A DNA stretch of 32,093 nt from Octopus bimaculoides (Eukaryota), in contig NC_068988.1 of the NCBI RefSeq assembly GCF_001194135.2, positions 56,133,907 to 56,165,999 on the forward strand, read 5' to 3'. Below are positions 21,193-32,093 of this stretch, piece by piece (position 1 is the first letter of the stretch; each line of letters starts with the position of its first letter). Below the pieces are notes generated by a model. It saw only the letters and a list, made by a program, of their open reading frames with translations, made no database searches and was not told where the DNA came from. The position numbers and the translations under genes were made by a program.

Positions 21193-21515
21193 GGGAGCAC
21201 TCCGTCGGTTACGACGACGTGGGTCGCAGCTGATCCGATCAACGTAACAGCTCGCTCGTGAAATTAATGCGCAAATGGCTGAGAACTCCACAGACACGTG
21301 TACCCTTAACGTAGTTCTCGGGGAGATTCAGCGTGACACAGTGTGGTAAGGCTAGCCCTTTGAAATACAGGTACTACTAGTTTTTGCCAGCTGAGTGGAC
21401 TAGAGCAACGTGAAATAAAGTGTCTTGCTCAAGGACACAACGGGTTGCCGGGAATTGAACTCCCGTCCTTACGATCGTGAGTCGAATGCCCTAACCACCA
21501 AGCCACGCGCCTTCA
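21193..21515 (-). mobile_element. tRNA-derived SINE family D (CORE-like body, 3' region shared with family C)
   Basis: Minus head TGAAGGCGCGTGGCTTGGTGGTTAGGGC...GAGTTCAATTCCC, then GTGTCCTTGAGCAAGACACTTTATTTCAC. About 175 bp (21196-21374) is homologous to 12487-12664. Confidence 0.88.
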
Positions 21516-21547
<32 letters not shown>

Positions 21548-22859
21548 NNNNNNNNNNNNNNNNNNNNNNNNNNNNNNNNNNNNNNNNNNNNNNNNNNNNN
21601 NNNNNNNNNNNNNNNNNNNNNNNNNNNNNNNNGTAAAAGGTAAAGGAACAGAGCATTGTATGGGAAATTGGTTCGAAAAAGATCTTAGTTAAGATGAAGT
21701 TTCTAGCATCGTCTCTATAGTGTCCGATAAGATTTAGCACCAGCCATCTTTTCACAAGCATTTTTCGGATTTCTCTAATCTCTTACGAAATATAACTTTA
21801 TGAAAGAGAAGAGAAAGTATTAACCCATAAAGCGCTGCGATTTGCACTTACATAGTATGAACTGCTGACCACGTTTTATGAAAATGGGACTACCATGTAC
21901 AAGAAAAAAACAAAAATAGGTAAAGTATCTTCTTAGTATATAATGGTAGCAAGTTTTGCATCATCTGAAAAGTCATTAGTTGAATTATTAGTCCTCTTGC
22001 ATTCTGGGGAGTATCGGACCGTTTGAGTGACATTAGACTCCAACAAACGCCCATGAATTAAATGCATCTATCTGGGCCAAGATCGTGGCATGTCGACCTG
22101 TGCCTGACGGCCATGATCGTGGCCCGTCGCGCTTTATGTGTTAATAAAAACTTATGATAATTTTTATGTTGAGGTTCTTTGCTATATGGGGTGTATTTCA
22201 AAGGATAACTGTTAAGAGTAATAACTGTTAAGAACCACTGAGTTTATTAATGCAATGCTTGATACCTGCCAAAAGACAGGTTCGTTACAGCTGAAACACT
22301 TTTGAACTTAAGGCTACCAGATCAAGTTTATCCAGGGGCTAAGCAACCCCAACAACAACACGAATAACATGTGAATCAAATCTTGTTCTATGTATATATA
22401 TATATAAGACAGTAAGAGGTTAAGAAGCGGAATGATGAAGGAGAAAAATGCAGAAAGGGATAACTAGATAGATAGATAGATAGATGGATAGAGAAAGAGA
22501 GAAAGAGGTGGAGGGGAGAATCTTACCTCATCCATTTAACCGCTATTCTCCTAATTTTGACATACAGGCAGACATAGACGAGCGTGGGGGGTGGGGGGTG
22601 GTGGCGTAATGTTTTGGTGCCAGACCGTCCAGAATGATAAGCACTGATAAGTCTCTCTCCTCCTCCTCCATCTGTCTACAGGTTACGTCCAAATCTTTCA
22701 GGCGGTTTAAATATTTAGGGTAGTGTCTATCTTTATCGAAGCTCACATCCACACCACGCTACTTTAGTGTCGTCAGCCGCTCGCTGTGGATGGTGGGGGA
22801 AAAAAAAGGTGGTGTTACTGAAGTATTGGTAAATCGATAAATTGAGGCCCTCTTTTTTT

Positions 22860-23262
22860 TTATAAGCAGCACAACATGGGATGTATGTCGCGCCATATGA
22901 ATGTGTGTGCACGTATGTGTTTTATGTATATATGTCTATATATATCTATATGTATAAATATATAATATATATATGCGTGTGTATGTGTGTATATGTATGT
23001 GTGTGTATGTATATTTACGTGTGTATATATGTCTGTATGAATATGTGCATATATGTATATATATATGAATATGTACATAAATATATATGTGTGTGTGTAT
23101 GATTATGTATGTATATATGTGCGCGTGTATGTTTATGTATGTATGAATATATATATGCATATGTATTTATGATATATATATATGTAACTATGTATATGCG
23201 TATATATATGTATACATATTTGTATTATGTATGTATGTATGAGTGTATGTCTATATGTATAC
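22860..23262. repeat. TA/TG-rich low-complexity tract
   Basis: Direct inspection. Confidence 0.9.
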
Positions 23263-25369
23263 AGGTCTAGATATCGAATTATAAATAGTGAAACTGATAA
23301 TCATAGCACGCAAACAAAAACCAACGAAAGCAGACGGTACGTAAACCCGGACAGACGACACACTCAACAATATTAGAAGGAATTTTACGAATGGATGCTA
23401 ATCTCAAATGGATAGGTAAACATTTCAGTAATATTTATCTATTTGATTTGATTTTCGTTTATCAAATAAATATACTTGATTTCTACGAGAAAGGTTTCAT
23501 TCCTTACAATGATATTTTAAACACTTTGTAATACAGTCCGAAAATCCTATAGTTGTCCGATTCCTCGTTATCCTCATTTTCTATTAGTGTTTTTTTTTTT
23601 TTTTGCTTGATGTTAGCCGATCGTCTGAGTACACTTCTTTTTATCATATCTTGCATCACATGTTCTCTTAGCATAGTTCAATTATAACCAGGTTTATATC
23701 AGCTGCCTTGTTATCAAAAGGCCACTGAAACCGTCTAGTTCATAAGTTGTATACCGTAACAATTTTATTTCAGCTATCTCTTTAGCATGAAGAGTCCTTT
23801 GCAAGCACAGAGTTGCCATAAGAGTTTTGTGCCATCTGTCATTTTAACGCATCGGTTCCATTAAAGTTTAGTGCCACATGTTCTCTTCGAGCAGCACTAC
23901 CAAGCCAGATATTTTGGCAGTGATTTTCTTGCATACAATATTATTACAACAATCTTGAAATAATTCTGTGTAAAAGGAATATTACAGTAGTCAAAAGATT
24001 ATTACAAAATTGTCCTTTGAAAAAAGAACTGGCATAATATCTATTCTGTTGTCAAAAAATTCGTTTTTTTTAAAATTATTTCTTCCCCTATTTGACACTC
24101 CATGTACACATGTCTGCAGAGAGGTAACAATTATTTAAATTTCGAAAACGATAAACAAAAGTTGTAGAGGAAGAATAGAACCACACAAAAAAAAAAAAAA
24201 AAAAAAATCACTACGATAAGATAATTTTTTGTGTTAATTCAAATAACATTTGAAAGAGTTGAAATAAAAAGGGAAAGAAAACGTACGAATTTACCTGACA
24301 ACCCAATATCTTGTAGGACTGCTGAAATGGACTTGTATCTGTCTTTAACTCATTTACAGAATAATTTAATCAAACCCTTGTGTCGTCATTGTTTACTTTA
24401 ACCACCAGTTTAGTGTAGGCTTTTGTGTATGGAAGCATAAACATTGATCATAACTCGGAAACAGATACAGTACTACACTGGCTAAAATACAGAATTAGAT
24501 CCCATACAGGATAAGAAATACGCTGCTGCTATTTGTTTGGATCGGCGAGTTAATAGATATCTTATCCTTTTATTCAGTTTTTGTGTTCTAGATGTGAATT
24601 CCAGTGTTGAAACAGATTATGATGTAGCTCGGGAGGGTCATTATGCCAATAATAAACAGACGCACTGGTTCTATTTCACTTCTTTATTATCCATCAATTA
24701 GTTAACTATTTGAACAGTTAACTAGCTGATTGTCTCATTATTCATTCGGTTAATGTTGCCATGCGCAACCTCTTCAAATACATGCCCTCTCTATTCCAGG
24801 TCATCTTCACATCTATCCTTTTGGTTAAAAAAACAAAAAAACTGTGTAATTGGGAAAATATCATTAGATTATACTGCCTCGAAGAGGTTATTCCTACTTA
24901 CCTTAGAAGAAACTCTGAATAAATAAATACATAAAAATTAATGCATTTCAGAAATGTATCTTTTTCGATTTGATTTGTTTATACTAATGTTAATTTTATT
25001 GTAGACTGTTTTTCTCATCTTCGACGTTTATCATTATATATGTTGACACAAAGTTTTGGTAGACTATAGGCAATCCTGTTCCGGTAATGACTATTATAAG
25101 ACTATATCATGTTCCAGCAATGCATATCATAAGACTATTTCTGCATATTAGAATTTCAATAATGAACCACTGAAAGTGTCTCTACGTCGTCACTTCAAAT
25201 TACATCTTACGGTTTTGAAATAAAACATTAGATAACACTGTGTTAAATGCATAAAACACTAGAGAATGACGAAATGGCCATCGTTGGGAGACGTATGATC
25301 ACCGACATTTTAACAGAAGTACACTGAATCATTCCTGTTAGCTCGTAAGTCATTTTTGTCGCTTGGCTT

Positions 25370-25620
25370 CAGGTCAACCCTAATAGAACAGAGCTATAAT
25401 CAAAGGCATTCCACCAGTTACTATCCCACTATGGTTGATGGCAGGCCAATGATGTAGCGTTGTATCTGCTAAAAATAGCAAGCAGGTTTCTCTCAAATCA
25501 CACTCAATCGCCTGAAAGGGTAAAGTGGTAATGTACATATTTTGCCCGAATAAAAGATGGGATACCTTTAATCAAAAGTCTGCTCAATCCGCATCTATCT
25601 GGGACTTAACAACTTCTACA
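25370..25620. repeat. Dispersed repeat family E fragments (minus 3' end then a plus copy)
   Basis: Shares the TGCTA.AAATAGCA motif with 3600 and 20788, and a GG(G)CTAA.CAACAAC-like end with about 20715-20733 and 22335-22358. Confidence 0.4.
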
Positions 25621-26613
25621 ACTAATATTCGTGTTTGACCAGCGAGACAATATGGGTTTAGTAACCATAAAAATAATATCAACAGCAGCAATTTCAACTC
25701 GAGAATATTCTCAATTAACCAAGGAAATAAATTCTGTCACTTCAATAAAATGTTCAAGAAAATAGTTACGTCAAGCAGAACCCAGCTTCTTTAGCTGCAG
25801 CAACAAGATGGGCACGTTTTGGATTTTTATTGTTTCATTCTCCACCCTTTTTTAAAACCATTGTTTTCTTTAGATAAATGTTGAAGTGACTACGCGACAG
25901 TTATCATTATCACTTCGTCGTGATTGCGTATAAAAAACAATGTCTGGATGTGCATTTAACAACGTAGATTTATCAGAAGATAGAAAAGGGAAATGAAAAG
26001 AAAAAAATAGAAACCCCTAAGCTTGATGAACATTGTCTAGTAAAGAATGCAGTAATCAGAAAGATCTCATTCAAAGTGGCTTGGCCGTGTCTCAGAGCTT
26101 TCAGACAAGTGGAGTTTGGCGGGGTTGCTTTCTTTTTTTTTTCATTTTTTCAGTGGGTAGTTGAGTGGGACGGTGGTGGAGTTGCGGTGTGGTACTCAAA
26201 CTGTGCCAGAAATGATGGATGAGATAAGTCAGGGGGAACAGACGTGAAATCTACAACAGCAACTACAATAATTGAAAGTATATATAACAAATGAAAGTTT
26301 TGTCAAGTGTGGTAATGGTTCTGATGGAGTTAGTAGCGGCGGTGTTGTTGGTGCCGATGGAGTAGCGTTTAATAATAGATAGTTGTATAATATAATAGAC
26401 AGGTGTTGGTTATGACTTACAGAAATAAGGCGTTAGGAAAATAGTGTCAAATATGTAGATTAAAACAAGAAAGAAAGGAAGGAAGACAAAATGAAAGAAC
26501 CAGAAAAACAACAGATTTCCCCCATAAAATGAATAAATAATTAAAACAAAACAAAGATAAACATTTTCAAAAAGTAAAAAAAAAAAAAAAACGGTAAACC
26601 CTACTAATATCGG

Positions 26614-26809
26614 ATTCAAATTTTGGCAGCAATTCCGGGAAGGTGGATAAGTCGATAACATCAGTCCCAGTGATCGACTGGTACTTATTTCATCGACCCC
26701 AAACCATGAAAAGTAAAGTCAACTTCGACGGAGTTTGAACACAGAACGTACAGACGAATGAAATTCCATTAAGCATTTCGTCCGGCGTGCTAACGACTCT
26801 GCTGCCTCG
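26614..26809 (-). mobile_element. SINE family A, followed by a short plus-strand fragment (about 26818-26875)
   Basis: GACTGGTACTTATTTCATCGACCCC...AAAGTCAACTTCGACGGAGTTTGAAC...GGCGTGCTAACGACTCTGC. Confidence 0.78.
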
Positions 26810-27093
26810 ACAATACGTTTCGAGTTCAAATGCTACCGAGGATGACTTCCCCTTTCATCGTTTCGGGGTTGTAGTAATTATTACTTACTAGCCTCGTCAC
26901 CCAATATTTCTGGTCCATGTGCCTATAGCAAAAATGATTATTAACGTCTATGGGGACTTCTTTTCTTTTTGTCACGTTTCACTTTCGGGTGTTTAAAGTT
27001 ATTCGCTTGAAAATGTACGGACTCATTCAGTATATTTTGTACTTCAAGATGCCTTCTCCATAGTAATTATTTCTCAGCTCTCCACGCGAATAT

Positions 27094-27540
27094 TGATTGC
27101 AAATTTTGTCACAAGGCTAGAAATTTCGGTGGTGGTGGGGGAGGAGGAATAAATCGATTACATTGACCCCAGTGGTCAATCGAGCCTGAAACGATGAAAG
27201 GCAAAGTTGATCCCGCCCCGGTGGAATTTGAACGCAAAAAGTAAAGACAGACGAAATGCCGCTAAGCAATTTTTTCCAGTGCGGCAATGTTTCCGCCCAC
27301 TCGTTTCCTTAATCTCCATTAAAATATTAATTTCAAATTTTGGCACAAAGCCAGCAAATTCTCGGGAAGATGTAAGTCGATTACATCGACCTCAGTGTGG
27401 AACTGGTACCTATTTTATCGGCCCCGAAAGGCAAAGTCGATCCCACCGGCATTTGAACTCAGAACGTAAAGTCGGAAGAAATGCCACCCGGCTTTTTTTT
27501 TTTCTGGTGCGGTAACAATTCTGCCACTTTGCCGCTTTTC
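27094..27540 (-). mobile_element. Two tandem SINE family A copies (27094-27308, 27325-27540)
   Basis: Two AAATTTTG.CACAA.G tails, two GAAAGGCAAAGT.GAT blocks and two ATTTGAAC.C B-box segments. Confidence 0.78.
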
Positions 27541-27789
27541 TCTCCACATAAATATGACCGTATCTAATAGCATAAAAGATGTGCGGGTATATTAAACGCA
27601 TCTCGATTTCAGCAGTGTGACATAGTAAGCTCATCAAACTTGTATAATGGCAACCTTGAATTCACTACCTACACCTCAGACCGTGGTTAGCGGTAAATTG
27701 TTTGCAGCAGACTAAACAATTCAATCCAAAACATGTAATATCAGTACAATTTCGCATGTAGGACACAGGCAGACTTTTTGAGGTATTTG

Positions 27790-28400
27790 CTTTAAACAAA
27801 AAGAAAAGGCATCTTTAGATACCATCAAAGTCGTTACGTTCATTCAGATCCCATGTTTGTTTGTCTTTTTTGCTTTGTTTTGAAAAGGAGTTTATTTTTA
27901 ATACAGAATATATTTCATAGAGTAAACACTCAAGAATTCTTATATCCCCCATACTAACTACATAGCCTGCCCATTTTAGTCTGCTTCGTCTTCGAAATTT
28001 GCCCATATTAGTCTGCTTCGTTTTCGAGATTTGTCCATTTTAGTCTGCTTCGTCTTCGAGATTTGCCCATTTTAGTCTACTTCGTCTTCGAGATTTGCCC
28101 ATATTAGTCTGCTTCGTTTTCGAGATCTGCCCATTTTAGTCTACTTCGTCTTCGAGATCTGCCCATTTTAGTCTGCTTTGTTTTCGAGATTTGTCCATTT
28201 TAGTCTGCTTTGTTTTCGAGATCTGCCCATTTTAGTCTGCTTCGTCTTCGAGATTTGCCCATTTAAGTCTGCTTCGTATTCGTGATTTGCCCAATTTAGT
28301 CTGCTTCGTCTTCAGAGAGCTTCTTGCTAACTCCAAAAACTTCACATCAATCACATAGTCTCTTCAAGAGATATCCGATGGTTCTCGAAGACGTTTTTGT
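27790..28400 (-). mobile_element. Degraded RTE LINE post-RT fragment containing an expanded minisatellite
   Basis: Minus translation KRLREPSDIS*RDYVIDVKFLELAR then RRSRLKWAGYVVSMGDIRILECLLYE resembles RTE LR.I..ISWRD.V.N.EVLE.A ... RRLRWAGHV.RM.D.R.PK.LLY. Confidence 0.72.
27969..28313. repeat. 32-bp minisatellite, about 10.8 copies
   Basis: Unit GCCCATTTTAGTCTGCTTCGTCTTCGAGATTT starting at 27969, 28001, 28033 ... 28289, with 1-3 substitutions per unit and no spacers. Confidence 0.97.
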
Positions 28401-28648
28401 TGAGAAACTCCTGCTTCGAATTTAATGTCCATATTTTACAGCCTTACAACGATACAGACAAAATGCATATTTCAAAAATAGATATTCTAGTTGCAAATTT
28501 TCTTTATATAGTTCAGACCATAACAGAGATTCCAATTTTCGAAATAATATTCATGCTTTCTGAATTCTGTTTGGAAATTCGTCTTCGAGATTTGCATACT
28601 TAGTTAAAATACTTTCAAGAAACATATACATACATACAAATATATATA

Positions 28649-28716
<68 letters not shown>
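28649..28716. repeat. (TG)n microsatellite at gap edge
   Basis: Direct inspection; (AG)n at 21521-21547 is similarly at a gap edge. Confidence 0.97.
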
Positions 28717-29321
28717 NNNNNNNNNNNNNNNNNNNNNNNNNNNNNNNNNNNNNNNNNNNNNNNNNNNNNNNNNNNNNNNNNNNNNNNNNNNNNNNNNNNN
28801 NNNNNNNNNNNNNNNNNNNNNNNNNNNNNNNNNNNNNNNNNNNNNNNNNNNNNNNNNNNNNNNNNNNNNNNNNNNNNNATATATATATATATATAATGTA
28901 CGTATGGGAGGTAGGAGGGTGCATCCGGTCTATTAATCTGTCAATTCATCATTTCAGCCTGCCCTCACTTAAATATTTTTATCATTGTCTTTTTCATTCA
29001 TTTCTGTACCCCACCTCTACATTCACACATGTGTATTTGTCTATATGTGTATATATATGTGTGTGTGTATGTGTGTGTGTGTATATTTATGCATATTCTC
29101 CATAATATTCTTCGGTATCTTTTATGGTATTTTATCACATTTGCTGAATATTAAACTACCGTTCCCATATTCTCATATTCGCACTCGCTATTTGTCCACC
29201 CTTCCTCTCTCTGTGTTTCTCTCTCTCGGTTTCTCTCTCTCTCTTCCTCTGTCTGCATGACTATAAGAATGTGAATGTATGTCATCCCTCAGACATATAC
29301 CACATATACATACATACATAC

Positions 29322-29365
<44 letters not shown>

Positions 29366-29554
29366 NNNNNNNNNNNNNNNNNNNNNNNNNNNNNNNNNNN
29401 NNNNNNNNNNNNNNNNNNNNNNNNNNNNNNNNNNNNNNNNNNNNNNNNNNNNNNNNNNNNNNNNNNNNNNNNNNNNNNNNNNNNNNNNNNNNNNNNNNNN
29501 NNNNNNNNNNNNNNNNNNNNNNNNNNNNNNNNNNNNNNNNNATATACACATATA

Positions 29555-29660
29555 CAGGGTGTCCACAAAGTCTGGGTACATGGGGATTAACATATACTTT
29601 AAGAAATTATTATTTCTTATATTTAATTGTTTATGTTATGATTTTATTTATTCCATGTAA
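29555..29660 (+). mobile_element. Probable single terminus of a Tc1/mariner element
   Basis: TA|CAGGGTGTCCACAAAGTCTGGGTACA resembles mariner-type TIR starts after a TA target; no matching second TIR seen. Confidence 0.45.
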
Positions 29661-29800
29661 TACATAAATAAATATCGAAAATGCACGCGCGTCTGTCTGG
29701 ATGTCTGTCCCTATATGCTGTGCTTTCGTATTACTGAGCGGACACTTTTAATCCTCAATTTTACCGGTGGACCGGAGCAACTGAAGCCTCGTAAAGTTCC

Positions 29801-29862
29801 TGGTCCAGGGACACAAAGGGGATCGGAATCGAACTCACGACCTTATGATCGAGAATCCAGTT
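29801..29862 (-). mobile_element. Head fragment of SINE family D type
   Basis: CAGGGACACAA...GGAATCGAACTCACGACCTTATGATCG parallels 21430-21480. Confidence 0.55.
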
Positions 29863-29902
29863 GCGTTCCTCTGTATGTATATGATATACATATTTTTTCT
29901 CG

Positions 29903-30295
29903 TTTATCTTTTTACTTGTTTCAATCATTGAACTTCGGCCGTGCTGGATCACCGCCTTCAAGAAATTTTGACTCGAGACGAATCAACCTCGGTATTTATT
30001 TTCATCTCTGGTACTTATTTTATAGGCCGTTTTAACTGACTCCCTAAGTTACGGGGACGTTAACAAACTAACACAAGTTGTCAAGCGGTAGTGGGAGACA
30101 AACAAAATACACACACACACATACATACACGCACATAGATCCGACGGGCTTCCGCATAGTTTCTGTCTACCAAATTCAACCATACGGTATTGGTCGACAA
30201 ACGGTTATAGCAGAAGACACCTGCCCAAGGTACCATGCAGTGTGACTGAACCTAAAACCACGTTGTTGCAAAGCGAGTTTTTTAACCACGCAACC
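29903..30295 (-). mobile_element. SINE family B, full bipartite layout, moderately diverged
   Basis: TACTTGTTTCAATCATTG, TAAGTTACGGGGACGT, GTTGTCAAGCG, (CA)n, GAAGACACCTGCCCAAGGT, GACTGAACC. Confidence 0.82.
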
Positions 30296-30730
30296 GCTGT
30301 ATAGATTTATGTATATGTCTGCGCCTTACATACAATATATGTGTATAGCCAAGACCTCAAAAAATCTCTTTAAAATCACAAGTGTCCTGGTTTGATCTTA
30401 CTCTATGGCATTCTGGACAAGTTTCTTTAATCATAACCTTTGATTTGAGCCAATTCTTGTGAATGGAACTCTGTTAAGAGAAATCGTACAGAAGCCAGTT
30501 GGAATGAGTGTACCTGTTGCACAAAGAGGTTTGGTTTTGTCGTTAACTGTGTCATAATGATGTGGCTTGAGGTTTACATTAAATTCTAATGTGTATACGG
30601 AATATGCAACAATTTACACGTTGATTCAATGAGAAGGTATAGCTCAATTGATTGAGCAACTGGAATGCTCATAGCTGAACCACACAAAGCATCTATTTCC
30701 TCTTCTTACTATTTTTATATGCCAATGTAA

Positions 30731-30812
30731 GTATGTATGTATGTATGTATGTATGTATGTATGTATGTATACATGCATGTATACATGTATGTATGCATGT
30801 ATGTATATACGT
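30731..30812. repeat. (TATG)n microsatellite
   Basis: Direct inspection. Confidence 0.95.
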
Positions 30813-31321
30813 ACATATACTTAGCAGGTTCATAAGTGGTATTATCTCTGGATAAATACTGCACTAACTGCCTACCAGCAGCGTATATACATTAAGTATG
30901 ATACATAGATGGCAAGTTTAATTTGATACTCCTTCAGTTATGTATACTGGATTTTTATCCAGCCGATCGGCAATTTGTAACATCATTGAGTATTGTATAC
31001 GTGTTTCCTATATAGAGGCGATGAAATCTCGTCGAGTACTTGCCATTGGAAAAACCTAAGAAGATTGAGATTTATCTAGAGTTCTCGTTGGTTGCTGCTG
31101 GGACTATTTTTCGTCTCCCTCCGATATTTATCCTGTCTTTAAAGCAGCAGTCCAGAAGAGATGTTATCTCAGGATGAAAACCGCAACAAATGACCTATCA
31201 ACGATGTATATACATTAAGTATGATTCATAGATGGATATACACACAAACGTCTATATGTGTATGTGTGTGTTGTAGTAGTAGTTGTAAAAGTTTCAAATC
31301 GCCATCCAACCTCCCAGCCAC

Positions 31322-31466
31322 ACAAACCAAAAATACAACAACAAAAAAAAACGAGAAAAAACGCAACCGTAAGAACAACGGGGGCAACAGTAACAATAGA
31401 ACAACAACAACAACAGCAACAACCACGAAAAAAAAAACACAGAAACAACAACAACAACAAAACAAC
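31322..31466. repeat. (AAC)n/A-rich low-complexity tract
   Basis: Direct inspection. Confidence 0.85.
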
Positions 31467-32093
31467 CGAACGCTAATGCTTTACAAATGGCCTTAATTTA
31501 TGTTTGGTTTCGTATAATGATACTTCAGGCAATCTTCCACTACTTTAAACTACTTAAGAAAACTGATAACATTTCACTGGATTTATCTGCTCATCTCTTC
31601 AGGAGCGACCGAGATCCTTCTTGTCAACGTTTCCCCCCACTCTATGTTTAGATATCTCGTATGGGTTTCTGTTTTCTTCATATTCGAATACTTATATAGA
31701 TGTACAGTTCTCCTCTGTTAGTGTTACATTTAATTAGTTTCTCTCTCTTTCCTCTTCCCTCTCTTTGCTTCTCCCTCTCTCTTTGTCTCTCTCTCTCTTT
31801 CTCTCCCTGTATATGTGTGTGTATCACACAAGTATACTTTCTCTTTTCCCCCTCCCCCTCCTCCTCTCTCTCTATATATCTTAAATTACTTTATGTGTGT
31901 GTGTCTGTGTATTCGTCAGTAGTGATGAATGAGAGAAGTACTCAATATAAATGTTCAAGCACAATAGTTCGTTTAAGTCGATCTAGTAGCCTGTTACTAG
32001 GGAGTTTTTCCGCTGAATTACTTTTCTCAGACGGAAGAATAGGGTTCTCCGTCTAAATCAACTTAGATTTATTGTGTCAATGTAAATATATAT

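Noticed and set aside
22652-22720. Acceptor-like CTCTCTCCTCCTCCTCCATCTGTCTACAG
   Set aside because: The phase-1 frame stops after nine codons with no cysteines; not netrin LE3.
26129-26260. Strong splice acceptor (TTTCTTTTTTTTTTCATTTTTTCAG) as the next netrin exon
   Set aside because: All three frames hit stops within 70 nt, with no LE3 cysteine pattern and no clear donor.
27969-28313. CRISPR array
   Set aside because: Repeats are contiguous with no unique spacers, derive from a LINE, and the DNA is eukaryotic with no cas genes.
31215-31496. Poly-Q, poly-T and poly-V ORFs
   Set aside because: Translations of an (AAC)n/A-rich low-complexity tract.

Overview
AT-rich, repeat-dense eukaryotic DNA with eight assembly gaps (about 1757-2721, 5223-6058, 7958-8414, 9327-9784, 13814-13892, 21548-21632, 28717-28878, 29366-29541), mostly bordered by microsatellites. 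The repeat families resemble those I recall from octopod cephalopod genomes; this is recollection, not a database hit. The only supportable host coding sequence is one 189-bp phase-1/phase-1 exon (4582-4770, +) encoding the LE2 (V-2) laminin-EGF domain of a rather divergent netrin. The rest of the window appears intronic and holds several tRNA-derived SINE families, RTE-clade LINE remnants, hAT-like and Merlin-like MITEs with target-site duplications (TSDs), a 32-bp minisatellite and many microsatellites. The most unusual object is at 20071-20527: a tRNA-like Pol III head joined to a Penelope-type minimal hammerhead-ribozyme module, with a second inverted copy of that module, inserted with a 12-bp TSD into a hAT-like MITE whose uninterrupted paralog is at 4134-4368. 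A second, unrelated hammerhead-like fold lies at 9079-9164. Almost all ORFs in the supplied track are artefacts of N-runs, microsatellites or repeats.
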